Shown here in pieces: positions 1 to 9,528 of a DNA stretch of 64,000 nucleotides. Position 1 is the first letter of the stretch. Every line of letters starts with the position of its first letter. The notes under the pieces were generated by a model. The model had not been told where the DNA came from and ran no database searches. It was given only the letters and a program-made list of their open reading frames with translations. Source of the stretch: Clostridia bacterium. GTDB lineage: Bacteria; Bacillota; DSM-521; Neomoorellales; SLTJ01. The stretch covers positions 85,590-149,589 of the forward strand of contig JANLFO010000002.1 in assembly GCA_024653205.1 (NCBI GenBank), written 5' to 3'. A program made the position numbers and the translations under genes.

Positions 1-147
1 CTCGTGGGTTACGGCGGGAAGCTGGGTATCGACGCCACCCGGAAGGGACCGAGGGAAGGTTACTCCCGGGAGTGGCCCAAGGCGCTGAGCATGAGCCGGG
101 CAGTCGAGGATTTGGTGGAGCGCAGGTGGAAGGAATATGGGCTATAG
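1..147 (+). CDS. UbiD-family decarboxylase, C-terminal fragment (5' end lies outside the window)
   Basis: Frame 1 is open from base 1 to TAG at 145-147. The peptide LVGYGGKLGIDATRKGPREGYSREWPKAL resembles the conserved UbiD C-terminus. An 11-nt overlap with the next gene suggests an operon. Confidence 0.55.
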   Translation, partial: LVGYGGKLGIDATRKGPREGYSREWPKALSMSRAVEDLVERRWKEYGL

Positions 148-1036
148 GCTGGCGACGGCCAGGGGATTGTGGGCTGCAGGCCGGAAGGCCACCCTTCTGG
201 CCGAACTGATCAAGGTGGAGCACACGGTATTCGCCCTGCCGTTCGCCTACCTGGGAGCCCTGCTGGCCGCCGGCGGGTTGCCCACGGGCAGGGAAGTCTG
301 GTGGATCACCGTAGCTATGGTGGCCGCCCGCACCGCAGCCATGTGCCTGAACCGCCTGATCGACCGCACCCTGGACGCCCTTAATCCCCGTACGGCCGGG
401 CGGGCGCTGCCCCGGGGACTGCTCAGGACGGGTGAGGTATGGGCGCTTGCCCTTGTTGCCCTGGCGGTCCTGTTCTGGGCGGCTCTGATGCTCAATCGTC
501 TGTGCTTGTACCTCCTGCCGGTGGCGGTAGCCGTACTGGTGGTCTACCCTTACACGAAACGCTGGACCTGGGGCTGCCACTGGATCCTCGGGGGCGCGGA
601 CGGGCTGGCACCGCTCGGCGCCTGGGTAGCCGTCCGCGGGGTGGTGGACGGACCGAGCCTGTGGCTCTGGGCGGCGGTTGCGGCCTGGGTGGCCGGGTTC
701 GATATCGTATATGCCTGTCAGGACATCGAATTCGACCGGCGTTACGGGCTGCATTCACTCCCGGCACGCTTCGGTCCCCGGATCGCCCTAACCTGGGCCA
801 AGATCAACCACGTGGCCGTCCCCCTGCTCCTGGCGGCCGCCGGGGTGGCTGCGGGGGCCGGGGCGTGGTACCTGGCCGGGGTGGCGCTGAGCGCGGGCCT
901 GCTGGCTTACGAGCACCGGTTGGTTTCGCCGGTCGATTTTTCCCGGCTGAACTATGCCTTTCTTAACGTGAATGGATATCTGAGCGTTTTGATGTTTGGT
1001 TTTGCGCTTGCAGACCGGATTCTGGCGCAAGGATAA
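137..1036 (+). CDS. UbiA-family aromatic polyprenyltransferase (4-hydroxybenzoate polyprenyltransferase-like)
   Basis: 299-aa multi-pass membrane ORF. It has the two Asp-rich UbiA motifs (NRLIDRTLDALNPRT and DIVYACQDIEFDRRYG). Confidence 0.85.
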   Translation: MGYRLATARGLWAAGRKATLLAELIKVEHTVFALPFAYLGALLAAGGLPTGREVWWITVAMVAARTAAMCLNRLIDRTLDALNPRTAGRALPRGLLRTGEVWALALVALAVLFWAALMLNRLCLYLLPVAVAVLVVYPYTKRWTWGCHWILGGADGLAPLGAWVAVRGVVDGPSLWLWAAVAAWVAGFDIVYACQDIEFDRRYGLHSLPARFGPRIALTWAKINHVAVPLLLAAAGVAAGAGAWYLAGVALSAGLLAYEHRLVSPVDFSRLNYAFLNVNGYLSVLMFGFALADRILAQG

Positions 1037-1118
1037 GGCCGGAGGCCGGATGCGGAACTGCCCGGCCGGCGGATTCGACAGGGCGGAGCCCCGGGAAGTC
1101 CTGCGGCAGGCTCCGGGG

Positions 1119-1148
1119 TTAGACAGGAGCCGTTACATGGTGTATAAT
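1119..1148 (+). promoter_or_regulatory. Candidate sigma-A-type promoter (TTAGAC-18 nt-TATAAT)
   Basis: TTAGAC at 1119-1124 and a perfect TATAAT at 1143-1148, in the intergenic gap ahead of the small ORF and MoxR gene. Confidence 0.35.
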
Positions 1149-1183
1149 GCGAAGCGGCAAAAAAAGGACGGGAGGATCAGACC

Positions 1184-1324
1184 TTGAGGCGCTGGTCGTT
1201 GGTGGTTGCGGCAGTAGTCTGGCTGGGGCTGGGAGTGTTTCTTAGCTGGGTCAACGGTCTGGCCGAACACGGCGGTCACTCCGGCGCGGCCGAAGGAGTA
1301 CAGACCGAGCAGGCGGCGCACTAG
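1184..1324 (+). CDS. Candidate small membrane peptide (46 aa), absent from the ORF track
   Basis: TTG start 7 nt after GGGAGGA (1170-1176). The peptide (M)RRWSLVVAAVVWLGLGVFLSWVNGLAEHGGHSGAAEGVQTEQAAH has one hydrophobic helix. TAG at 1322-1324. Confidence 0.3.
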   Translation: MRRWSLVVAAVVWLGLGVFLSWVNGLAEHGGHSGAAEGVQTEQAAH

Positions 1325-1360
1325 CAGCAAGGTTTGGGAAAGCCCTAGGAGGTGAGGCCG

Positions 1361-2233
1361 GTGGGTAAGCTACCGGTGTATCGCGGTACCGATGACTACA
1401 TCGCCGATCGGGACCTGCAGGACGTGGTAAACGTAGCCGTGGCCCTGGGACGCCCCTTGCTCATCAAGGGTGAGCCGGGCACCGGCAAGACCATGCTGGC
1501 CCAGAGCATCGCCAAGGCCCTGGGGCTCCGGCTGATCATCTGGAGTATCAAGTCCACAACCAAAGCCCAGGAGGGCCTTTACGTCTACGACACGGTGCAG
1601 AGGCTCTACGATAGCCAGTTCGGGGACCGGGACGTATCGGACATCAAACAGTACATCAAACTGGGCAAGCTGGGGGAAGCCTTTATTTCCGATGACCCGG
1701 TGGTACTGCTGATCGACGAAATCGACAAGGCCGATCTGGAGTTTCCCAACGACCTGCTCTGGGAACTGGACATGATGAGCTTCTTTATCCCCGAAACCGG
1801 CGAAACCGTGACCGCCAAGCACCGGCCCATCGTCGTGATTACCAGCAACGCGGAAAAGGAACTGCCGGACGCCTTTCTGCGGCGCTGCCTGTTCCACTAT
1901 ATTGCCTTTCCGGATCAGGAAATGATGGCCCGGATCGTGCGGGTTCATTTCCCCGATCTGGAGGAGAGGCTGGTGCAGCAGGCCATTGCCGCCTTTTACT
2001 GGCTCAGGGAAGTGCCCGGCCTCCTCAAGAAGCCCAGCACCAGCGAACTTCTGGATTGGCTTCAGGCTTTAGTGATCGGCGGAGTGAAGCCGGATCGTCT
2101 TACCAAGGAATTGCCGTTCCTGGGCGTGCTCCTCAAGAAGAATCAGGATTTGGATCTGGTCCACAAGTATATGGAGGCCTACGGGGTGGGCGGCAGCCCC
2201 CGGCCGGGCGTGGTGCGGGGGTGGCCGCGCTAA
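1361..2233 (+). CDS. MoxR/CoxD-like AAA+ ATPase
   Basis: Walker A GEPGTGKTMLA and Walker B LLIDEIDKA. The ORF-track start (GTG 1352) overlaps the AGGAGG at 1347-1352, so GTG 1361 (8-nt spacing) is preferred. Confidence 0.9.
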   Translation: MGKLPVYRGTDDYIADRDLQDVVNVAVALGRPLLIKGEPGTGKTMLAQSIAKALGLRLIIWSIKSTTKAQEGLYVYDTVQRLYDSQFGDRDVSDIKQYIKLGKLGEAFISDDPVVLLIDEIDKADLEFPNDLLWELDMMSFFIPETGETVTAKHRPIVVITSNAEKELPDAFLRRCLFHYIAFPDQEMMARIVRVHFPDLEERLVQQAIAAFYWLREVPGLLKKPSTSELLDWLQALVIGGVKPDRLTKELPFLGVLLKKNQDLDLVHKYMEAYGVGGSPRPGVVRGWPR

Positions 2234-2272
2234 CCGGCCCGGACGGCCCGGCGCAGAAGGGGTGAGGCAGCC

Positions 2273-3481
2273 GTGTTCACCGACTTCTTTTACCTTTTGC
2301 GCTCCGAGGGAGTTCCGGTCACGCTCACCGAGTGGATGACCTTTCTGGAGGGTCTGGCCAAAGGACTGTCCTACGCCAATCTGAACTCCTTTTACCATTT
2401 GGCCCGCGCTACCCTGGTAAAGAGCGAGGCTCATTTCGATCGCTTCGACGTGGCGTTTCTCAAGTATTTTTCCGGGATCGATACCCCGGAAGCGCTGCTG
2501 GATAAGGTGTGGGAGTGGCTTGCCAATCCCCTGCCGCCCCGGGGTATCAGCCCTGAGGAGTTGGAGCGGTGGCGCAGGCTGCAGGAAGAGGTTGATCTGG
2601 AGGAGCTGCAGCGCCAGTTTCTGGAAAGGCTGCGCGAGCAGACCGAGGCCCACCATGGGGGAAGCCGCTGGATAGGCACGGGAGGGACTTCGCCCTTCGG
2701 TCACTCCGGCTACCATCCCGGCGGGATCCGGGTGGGAGGGGAAAGCCACGCCCGATCGGCGGTCAAGGTGGCGGCCGAACGGCGGTTTCGCGCCTACCGC
2801 GACGACGAGACCCTGGGTGTGCGCCAGTTCGAGGTGGCCCTGCGGCGCCTGCGGCAGTTGAGTACGAAGGTGGAGGGGCCGAAGGACGAGCTGGACCTGG
2901 ACGGAACCATTCGGGAGACTTGCCGGCAGGGCGGGTTCCTGGAGCTGGTTTGGACCCGCGGACGCAAGAACAAGGTCAAGGTGTTGCTCCTGATGGACGT
3001 AGGCGGTTCCATGGTCCCCTACAGCCGGCTCTGCAGCCAGCTCTTTACGGCGGTGCACCGGGCCAGCCACTTCCAGGATCTGCGCTTCTACTACTTCCAC
3101 AACTGCGTTTACGACTATCTCTACCTGGACCACGCCTGCCACCCGCGCAACTCGGTGAAGACCGACCAGGTGCTCAAGAACCTGGGCGGGGACTACAAGC
3201 TCATCATGGTGGGAGATGCCTGCATGGCTCCCAGCGAGCTGACCCAGCCGGGCGGCATCATCTGGTGGGGTATGTATAATGAGGAGCCGGGCCTGGTATG
3301 GCTGGAACGCCTGGCCCGGCACTTTTCCCATAACGTCTGGCTCAATCCCATTCCCGCCGGGGAATGGGATACGGTCTACGGGCATCAAACCCTGAACCTG
3401 ATCCGGCGCGTATTTCCCATGTACGAACTGACCGTCGACGGCCTTACCCAGGCCGTGAAAAAGCTTCTGGTCCGCCGCTAG
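2273..3481 (+). CDS. VWA-domain protein (CoxE-like), partner of the MoxR ATPase
   Basis: 402-aa ORF immediately after the MoxR gene. The C-terminal half has a VWA-type layout ([11 protein letters not shown], a MIDAS-like DxGxS). MoxR-VWA pairing is well established. Confidence 0.85.
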   Translation: MFTDFFYLLRSEGVPVTLTEWMTFLEGLAKGLSYANLNSFYHLARATLVKSEAHFDRFDVAFLKYFSGIDTPEALLDKVWEWLANPLPPRGISPEELERWRRLQEEVDLEELQRQFLERLREQTEAHHGGSRWIGTGGTSPFGHSGYHPGGIRVGGESHARSAVKVAAERRFRAYRDDETLGVRQFEVALRRLRQLSTKVEGPKDELDLDGTIRETCRQGGFLELVWTRGRKNKVKVLLLMDVGGSMVPYSRLCSQLFTAVHRASHFQDLRFYYFHNCVYDYLYLDHACHPRNSVKTDQVLKNLGGDYKLIMVGDACMAPSELTQPGGIIWWGMYNEEPGLVWLERLARHFSHNVWLNPIPAGEWDTVYGHQTLNLIRRVFPMYELTVDGLTQAVKKLLVRR

Positions 3482-4758
3482 AGCCGCTCGATGACCATCG
3501 CCATGCCCTGACCTCCGCCGATGCACAAGGTGGCCAGGCCGTAGCGACCGTTACTGCGCTCCAGTCCGTTCATGAGGGTGACCAGAATGCGGGCCCCGGT
3601 GCAGCCGATGGGGTGTCCGAGGGAAATACCTCCCCCGTAAATGTTGGTCTTTTCGAGGTCCATGTCCAGTTCCCGCATCACGGCCAGGCTCTGAGAGGCA
3701 AAGGCCTCGTTCAACTCGATGAGATCCATGTCGCCCATAGTCAGCCCGGCCAGCTTCAGCGCCCTCTTTACCGCCGGGACCGGGCCCAAGCCCATGAAGG
3801 CAGGCTCTACCCCGCCGGCGGCATAGGAACGGATCAGGGCCCTGGGCTTCAGACCCAGACGTTCGGCCTTCTCGGCACTCATGATTACCAGGGCGGCCGC
3901 CGCGTCGGTGATACCCGAGGCATTGCCGGCGGTGACGGTACCCCCTTCTTTGAATACCGGGGGCAGTTTCGCCAGCGCCTCCATAGAGGTTTCGCGCGGG
4001 TGCTCGTCGGTGTCAAATACCCGGGTGCCCTTCTTTTCCTTTACCTCCACCGGCACGATTTCGGTGCTAAAGACGCCGTTCTTTATCGCCGCCAGCGCCC
4101 GCTGGTTGCTGCGCAGGGCGAACTCGTCCTGTTCGGTGCGGCTTATCCCGTACCTTTCGGCGATGTTTTCGCTGGTCATTCCCATATGGTAGTTGTAGAA
4201 GCTCTCCCACACTCCGTCGTAGACCATGCCGTCTACCATTATCGCATTAAACATGCGCGCTCCCCAACGGCCCTGGGGGAAGAGATAGGGAGCGGCGCTC
4301 ATGTTCTCCATACCTCCGGCCACCACTACCTCGGCTTCTCCCGCGCGGATGGCCTGCGCCGCCAGGGCCGCAGCCTTGAGCCCCGAGGCGCACACCTTGT
4401 TAACCGTAAACGCGTTTACCTCCTTGGGCATACCGCCGTAGATGGCCGCCTGGCGGGCGGTGTTCTGCCCCTGTCCGGCCTGGAGCACGTTGCCCATTAT
4501 TACTTCGTCCACTCTTACTTCCTTGAGATCTTCCGGCCACCGATAGTACTTCTTTTCCAGCTCGGTTGGCTGGCCGTCGGCAAAGGTACTCGGCGCCAGG
4601 GCCAAGAGTTCGGGGTCCCGGAGGGGCCGCAGGCCCGCCCGGCGCATGGCCTCCCGGATCACGATGGCTCCGAGTTGTGCCACCGGCACGTCCCTGAGTG
4701 CGCCACCGAAGTTACCGATTGCGGTCCGAACTCCGCTGACGATTACTGCGTCCGGCAT
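3478..4758 (-). CDS. Acetyl-CoA C-acetyltransferase (thiolase)
   Basis: 426 aa with hallmark thiolase motifs: [11 protein letters not shown] (active-site Cys), GGMENMS and the C-terminal [13 protein letters not shown]. Confidence 0.93.
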   Translation of the reverse strand: MPDAVIVSGVRTAIGNFGGALRDVPVAQLGAIVIREAMRRAGLRPLRDPELLALAPSTFADGQPTELEKKYYRWPEDLKEVRVDEVIMGNVLQAGQGQNTARQAAIYGGMPKEVNAFTVNKVCASGLKAAALAAQAIRAGEAEVVVAGGMENMSAAPYLFPQGRWGARMFNAIMVDGMVYDGVWESFYNYHMGMTSENIAERYGISRTEQDEFALRSNQRALAAIKNGVFSTEIVPVEVKEKKGTRVFDTDEHPRETSMEALAKLPPVFKEGGTVTAGNASGITDAAAALVIMSAEKAERLGLKPRALIRSYAAGGVEPAFMGLGPVPAVKRALKLAGLTMGDMDLIELNEAFASQSLAVMRELDMDLEKTNIYGGGISLGHPIGCTGARILVTLMNGLERSNGRYGLATLCIGGGQGMAMVIERL

Positions 4759-4845
4759 GGATCAACCTCCTCAGCTTAGGCTAGCAATATAATTCTTTGG
4801 GACGGCAGCGGAATCCTCTCTCCGCGCCGGAGACGGCCGGGACGG

Positions 4846-4881
4846 GCAAACAAAAACGAGGGCCTGGGGTTTCAGGCCCTC
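4846..4881 (-). terminator. Rho-independent terminator after the MBL-fold gene
   Basis: On the minus strand, GAGGGCCTG-loop-CAGGCCCTC (4858-4881) is followed by GTTTTTGTTTG. Confidence 0.55.
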
Positions 4882-4897
4882 GACTACCAACCCGGGT

Positions 4898-5923
4898 CTA
4901 GGCGCGGTGGTAAAGGACTTGCTCTGTCGAATTGAGCGAGGCCACCTTGCCTTCGCTGCGCAGGTATTCCAGGTGGGCAAGAGTCTCCATCACCGCCGCC
5001 CGCCGGTTCCAGTTGCTCAGAGTCTCCCAGGGGCCGGTATCCCAATTCACGCGGCAGGCGACAGTATAGGCGGTCTTGGCCTCACCCCCCAGAAGGCCCA
5101 GAATCTCTTCCAGGCGCCGGCGGTGGTGTTCCTGGATTTCCCGGACCCGCTCCGCCAGGTTGGAGAAGGCGAACTCGTGGGCCGGAAGTACCAGGTTGAC
5201 CTCTAATTCCTCGATGCGTCCCAGGGCCTTCAAATAATCACCTAGGGGGTTGGCCGAGGATTGAGGGTTGAGGCTTACGTTGGGGGTAATGGTAGGCAGG
5301 ACGTGGTCCCCGGAGAAGAGAAGCCTCTCCTGGGCCGCGTACAGGCACATATGGCCCCGCGTGTGACCGGGCGTGTACAGAACCTGGAGGCGCAGTGGCC
5401 CGGCTTCCAATACATCTCCTTCTTCCACTACCCGATCGGGCCGCGCCGTCACCACCCATTCCAGGGCGGGAAGGCTGGCACTCTGGAGGGCCGGGACTTC
5501 TTCCGACGGGACTCCGTTTCGGAGCAGGAATTCGGCCACCTCTTCCAGCAGGCGGTGGTAGTTCTCGTACCGAGCGCCTAACTGCTCCGCCTCGGGGGCG
5601 GACATAACGATTTGAGCTCCGCTGATTTGTCTCAGCTTGCCGGCCAGGCCGTAGTGATCGGGGTGAAGATGGGTGATGACGACCTGCCGGATGTCCTGCA
5701 GACTGAGACCCAACTGCCCGAGCTGTTTCTCCCAGGCGCTCAAAGATTCTGGTGTATCCCAACCCACGTCGATAATAGTGCAGCCGTTCCTGGACTTGAT
5801 AAGATAAGACATTACGTAGTCCAACGGGTTGTTAGGGATGGGAATCTTGCACCGATATACATCCTCGATGATTTCCAGGGCGCACTCTTGGGGACGGGTA
5901 GGGGGCAGGTTAGAAGTCAACAA
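4898..5923 (-). CDS. MBL-fold metallo-hydrolase
   Basis: 341 aa with the metallo-beta-lactamase motif ITHLHPDHYG and a downstream TPGHTRGH. Confidence 0.85.
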   Translation of the reverse strand: MLTSNLPPTRPQECALEIIEDVYRCKIPIPNNPLDYVMSYLIKSRNGCTIIDVGWDTPESLSAWEKQLGQLGLSLQDIRQVVITHLHPDHYGLAGKLRQISGAQIVMSAPEAEQLGARYENYHRLLEEVAEFLLRNGVPSEEVPALQSASLPALEWVVTARPDRVVEEGDVLEAGPLRLQVLYTPGHTRGHMCLYAAQERLLFSGDHVLPTITPNVSLNPQSSANPLGDYLKALGRIEELEVNLVLPAHEFAFSNLAERVREIQEHHRRRLEEILGLLGGEAKTAYTVACRVNWDTGPWETLSNWNRRAAVMETLAHLEYLRSEGKVASLNSTEQVLYHRA

Positions 5924-6204
5924 CGTCTCCCACCTTTCTTTGAGATTGGGGCAAGACGGGCTACCCTAATTATAACCTCCGAACAAGCTCAGTTCAACCG
6001 GTATGGTAACCACGCGTGTATCCGGTCCTTGGGCGGCGCCACCTGCCGGCAAAAACCGGGGATAACCCGCTTCCGGCAGGCGCGTGAGCTGCTCCGTCCG
6101 GAACGGGTCCTCCAATTGTTCGGCGTAGGAGGAACAAGCATACCGGTACGGCGAAGATTACCCCGCAGGAAGATCACCCATGCTTCGAGAAGGGAGGGGG
6201 CGCA

Positions 6205-7068
6205 ATGCGGCCGACCAAAGCGGTAATTCCCGCCGCCGGGTTGGGCATGAGGTTCCTGCCGGCAACCAAAGCCCAGGCGAAGGAAATGCTGACCCTGGTG
6301 GACCGGCCCGCCATTCACTACGTGGTTGAGGAGGCGGTGGCGGCCGGTATCCGAAGCTTCCTTATCATCACCGCCCGCAACAAGACGGCTATCGAGGACT
6401 ACTTCGATGCTTCACCGGAACTGGAGCGGGCCCTGCGAGAAAAGGGCGAAGAAGCACTGGTTGAGGAGATCCACGCCCTCTCGGAATTGGCCCAAATGCA
6501 TTACCTGCGCCAACCCCGGCCTCTGGGTCTGGGGCATGCCGTGTTCCTGGCCCGGGCGTTCGTGGGAGAAGAAGACTTCGCGGTGGTGCTGCCGGACGAT
6601 CTCATCACGGCCGGGGAACCCTGCCTCGGGCAAATGCTGGCCGTGCGGGAAAGGTGGCCGGGAGCGGTAGTTGCCCTGCAAGAGGTGGCTCCGGATATGA
6701 CCTCTCGCTACGGCATAGTAAAGGCGGTGGAAGTGGAGCCGGATGTGTATCGAATCGAGGATCTGGTAGAGAAACCATCCCCGGAGCGGGCACCCTCCCG
6801 CCTGGCAGTAGTCGGCCGGTACATTCTTCCGGCGTCGATCTTCCCTCTCTTGGCGACCACGGCCCCCGGAACGGGAGGCGAGATTCAGCTGACCGACGCG
6901 CTCAGGCTCCTGGCCCGCGAATACCCGGTCTACGGTTACCGATTCCGGGGACGGCGTTTCGACCTGGGGGATAAGCTGGGCTTCCTCCAGGCCACCGTAA
7001 CCCTCGCCTTGGGTCGTCCCGACCTCGGGCCCGCCCTTAGGGAGTTTCTCCGCGGGTCGATTTTTTGA
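6205..7068 (+). CDS. galU: UTP--glucose-1-phosphate uridylyltransferase
   Basis: 287 aa. N-terminal KAVIPAAGLGMRFLPATKAQAKEML signature and VVGRYIL motif. GGGAGGGGG SD upstream. Confidence 0.9.
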   Translation: MRPTKAVIPAAGLGMRFLPATKAQAKEMLTLVDRPAIHYVVEEAVAAGIRSFLIITARNKTAIEDYFDASPELERALREKGEEALVEEIHALSELAQMHYLRQPRPLGLGHAVFLARAFVGEEDFAVVLPDDLITAGEPCLGQMLAVRERWPGAVVALQEVAPDMTSRYGIVKAVEVEPDVYRIEDLVEKPSPERAPSRLAVVGRYILPASIFPLLATTAPGTGGEIQLTDALRLLAREYPVYGYRFRGRRFDLGDKLGFLQATVTLALGRPDLGPALREFLRGSIF

Positions 7069-7089
7069 TTTTCGGCAGGAAATCGACCC
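7054..7089. other. 10-bp perfect hairpin spanning the galU stop codon
   Basis: GGGTCGATTT (7054-7063) pairs with AAATCGACCC (7080-7089) around a 16-nt loop. There is no U-tract, so terminator function is uncertain. Confidence 0.3.
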
Positions 7090-7131
7090 GAAGGGAAGGA
7101 AATCTTAATTCCCCGGAGGGGGGTCCAAAGT

Positions 7132-9528
7132 TTGGCCGGATCACAGAAACGGCGCACGGTACCCAAGCAACGTCGTCCGGAGCGAAAGACCGCTCCCGGG
7201 GCGGAGGCCGTTCAGGCTCCACCCAGGGAGTTCCGGGCGGCCCTGGTAGTGCTGGCGGCCATACTGATCTATTCGCCGTACCTGCGGGGCCTTTTCTTCC
7301 AGACCGAGCAGCAGTGGACGCTGCTCCTGGCCTGCGCGGCCTTCCTGCTGGTATGGTGGGGTAAGATACGCCGTCAGGAAGTGTCGGTCTTCGGCAAGCC
7401 CATGGACTACTTTGCCCTGGCCCTGGTGGTCCTGTACGCGGTGAGTGCCTTCGGGGCGGCGAGCCAGCGACTGGCGGTGGCAGAGGTCGTAAAGATAACG
7501 CTGTACTTTCTCGTATTCTGGATGGTCGGGCAGCTCGGTCGTGAGGAAAGACCCGGGTACATACTTGTGGCGAGCGTGTACCTGGCGGCCGCGGGGGTGG
7601 CGCTGGCGGGGGTCCTGGTAGCCCTGGGCGTCGTCTTTATCAAGGACGGGTTCGTCGGCGGCCGGATATATTCCACCCTGCAGTATCCCAACGCTCTGGC
7701 CAGCTACCTTACGGCGGCCAACTTCTTTGGGTGGCTCCTATGGGCCCGGGCCGGACGAATCGGCCGGTTTCTCCTGGCTGCGGGCACCTCCTTGCTGCTT
7801 ACCGTATTACTGGGCACCGGGTCGCGCGGCGGTTTATTGCTTTACCCGGCGGTGCTGGCCGTCTTTCTCCTGGGCGCGCCCAGGGGAACAAGGGTGCCCC
7901 TCCTGGTGCACGTGGCGGGCAGCTGGGCGACGGCCCTGATGGCCAGCAGCCGTTTTCTTCCCCTGATCCTGGCCGGGCAGCAGCAGGCGGCCTGGCAGTG
8001 GCTGGTGCTGAGCCTGCTGGCGGCCGTGGCGGTTCAGGGGGTGTACGAAGTGGTGCGGTGGGCCGCATCCGGCCGCCGGCGAGCGTGGGTGTGGGCCCCG
8101 GTGGGCGCCTCGGCCGCACTGGCGGCCGTGCTCGTGTTGAGGCTGGCGGGTCGGCCGGCAGGCGGATGGTTGCAGAACCTGCTTCCGGCACACCTGGCCT
8201 CCCGCCTCCAGGACATCAGCCTGGAAACCTTCGGTGCCGCCACCCGGCTGCAGTGGTCGCTGGACGCCCTCAAGCTGGTGCAGGCCAGGCCCTGGTTGGG
8301 GTGGGGGGGAGGCGCCTGGGAGGCGGCATACCAGAGTTTCCAGAGCTACTACTATACCTCGACCCAGGTGCACAACCATTACTTCCAGATCTGGACCGAG
8401 GTGGGCAGTCTGGGTCTGGCGGTTCTGGCCGGGTTGTGGGTTTGCTTCCTGGTTACCGTCGTGGCCAACTACCGTCGCGGCTCCGATGACGAGCGCTTCC
8501 TCCAGTGGGCAGTGTTCTGCGCCGCCCTGGCCCTCGGCCTGCACGCGATGCTGGACTTCGACCTGGCACTGGGTGCGGTTTCCCTGGTGCTCTGGACCTG
8601 TTTCGGGCTCACCCGGGGTCTTGACCGCAAATTCGGCCGCGAAAACTATTTCTTGCGGCGGCAAGAATATTTGCGGGTACGGTCGCGATTCCTGACCGGG
8701 GCCGTGGTGGTGGCCCTGCTGGTGGCCTGGCTGCCGGCAAGTTTGCTCTTGGGCGAGGCCTACGCCCGAAAGGCGGTTGCGGCTCTGCAGACCGGCCAGC
8801 CGGCGGCGGCCCTGGAAAACTTCCGGCTGGCGACCCTGTTTGATCCCTTCCGCTCTGCCTATTTGGTCGACCGGGCCAGCCTTCTGGCGGCTGGGGGGAA
8901 CGTTCGGGAAGCGCTGGCGCTGGCCGGGAAGGCAGTGGCCAAGGATAGATTCAACCAGCGGGTACTCACGCGTGCGGCCGAGGTATCCTGGCAGGCAGGC
9001 CGCCCGGATCAGGCGGTGGAGATTATGGAGAAGGCCTGTCGGGCTGCCCCTTGGACAAGAGAAGGGTGGGAGAACCTGGGACGAACCGCGGCCATGGCCG
9101 GCCTGAGCTACCTGGCGGCCGGTGAACGGGACCAGGCCAAGCATTATCTGGAAAGAGCGGCGGCGATACCCTCAGAGGTGCGCTCGCTGACGGCCGGGCT
9201 CTCGCCGGAGCTGGTCCGCCTCTGGAAAGAGGGCGGGCGGCCGTGGCTTGAGGTTACCCCGGCCATGGAGCTCACCGCCGGTATAGCCTTCTACGGCCTG
9301 GAGCGCTTTGAGGAGGCGTTAGAAGTGCTGGCCCGCCCCTTGAAGGACAAGCAGCTGCAAGCCGAAGCTTCATATTGGGCCAGCCTTACGCACCGCAGGC
9401 TCAACCACTCGGCCGAGGCGGATGAGCTGCGGAAGAAGGCCGAGGCCCTGAATCCGGAGCTGGTGCAGAGCTATCGGGAGTTGGAGGAGGCGCTCACCCT
9501 ATCGGGTATGAAGGAGCAGCATCCTTGA
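7132..9528 (+). CDS. O-antigen ligase (Wzy_C)-like polytopic membrane protein with C-terminal TPR-like repeats
   Basis: 798 aa. Many TM helices and a Wzy_C-like core (GSRGGLL ... HNHYFQIWTEVGSLGL). The C-terminal ~280 aa is helical-repeat (TPR-like) sequence. Confidence 0.7.
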   Translation: MAGSQKRRTVPKQRRPERKTAPGAEAVQAPPREFRAALVVLAAILIYSPYLRGLFFQTEQQWTLLLACAAFLLVWWGKIRRQEVSVFGKPMDYFALALVVLYAVSAFGAASQRLAVAEVVKITLYFLVFWMVGQLGREERPGYILVASVYLAAAGVALAGVLVALGVVFIKDGFVGGRIYSTLQYPNALASYLTAANFFGWLLWARAGRIGRFLLAAGTSLLLTVLLGTGSRGGLLLYPAVLAVFLLGAPRGTRVPLLVHVAGSWATALMASSRFLPLILAGQQQAAWQWLVLSLLAAVAVQGVYEVVRWAASGRRRAWVWAPVGASAALAAVLVLRLAGRPAGGWLQNLLPAHLASRLQDISLETFGAATRLQWSLDALKLVQARPWLGWGGGAWEAAYQSFQSYYYTSTQVHNHYFQIWTEVGSLGLAVLAGLWVCFLVTVVANYRRGSDDERFLQWAVFCAALALGLHAMLDFDLALGAVSLVLWTCFGLTRGLDRKFGRENYFLRRQEYLRVRSRFLTGAVVVALLVAWLPASLLLGEAYARKAVAALQTGQPAAALENFRLATLFDPFRSAYLVDRASLLAAGGNVREALALAGKAVAKDRFNQRVLTRAAEVSWQAGRPDQAVEIMEKACRAAPWTREGWENLGRTAAMAGLSYLAAGERDQAKHYLERAAAIPSEVRSLTAGLSPELVRLWKEGGRPWLEVTPAMELTAGIAFYGLERFEEALEVLARPLKDKQLQAEASYWASLTHRRLNHSAEADELRKKAEALNPELVQSYRELEEALTLSGMKEQHP

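Noticed and set aside
3478-3481. Convergent VWA and thiolase genes share overlapping stop codons in the palindrome CTAG.
   Set aside because: A real but trivial consequence of tight packing, with no evidence of regulatory significance.
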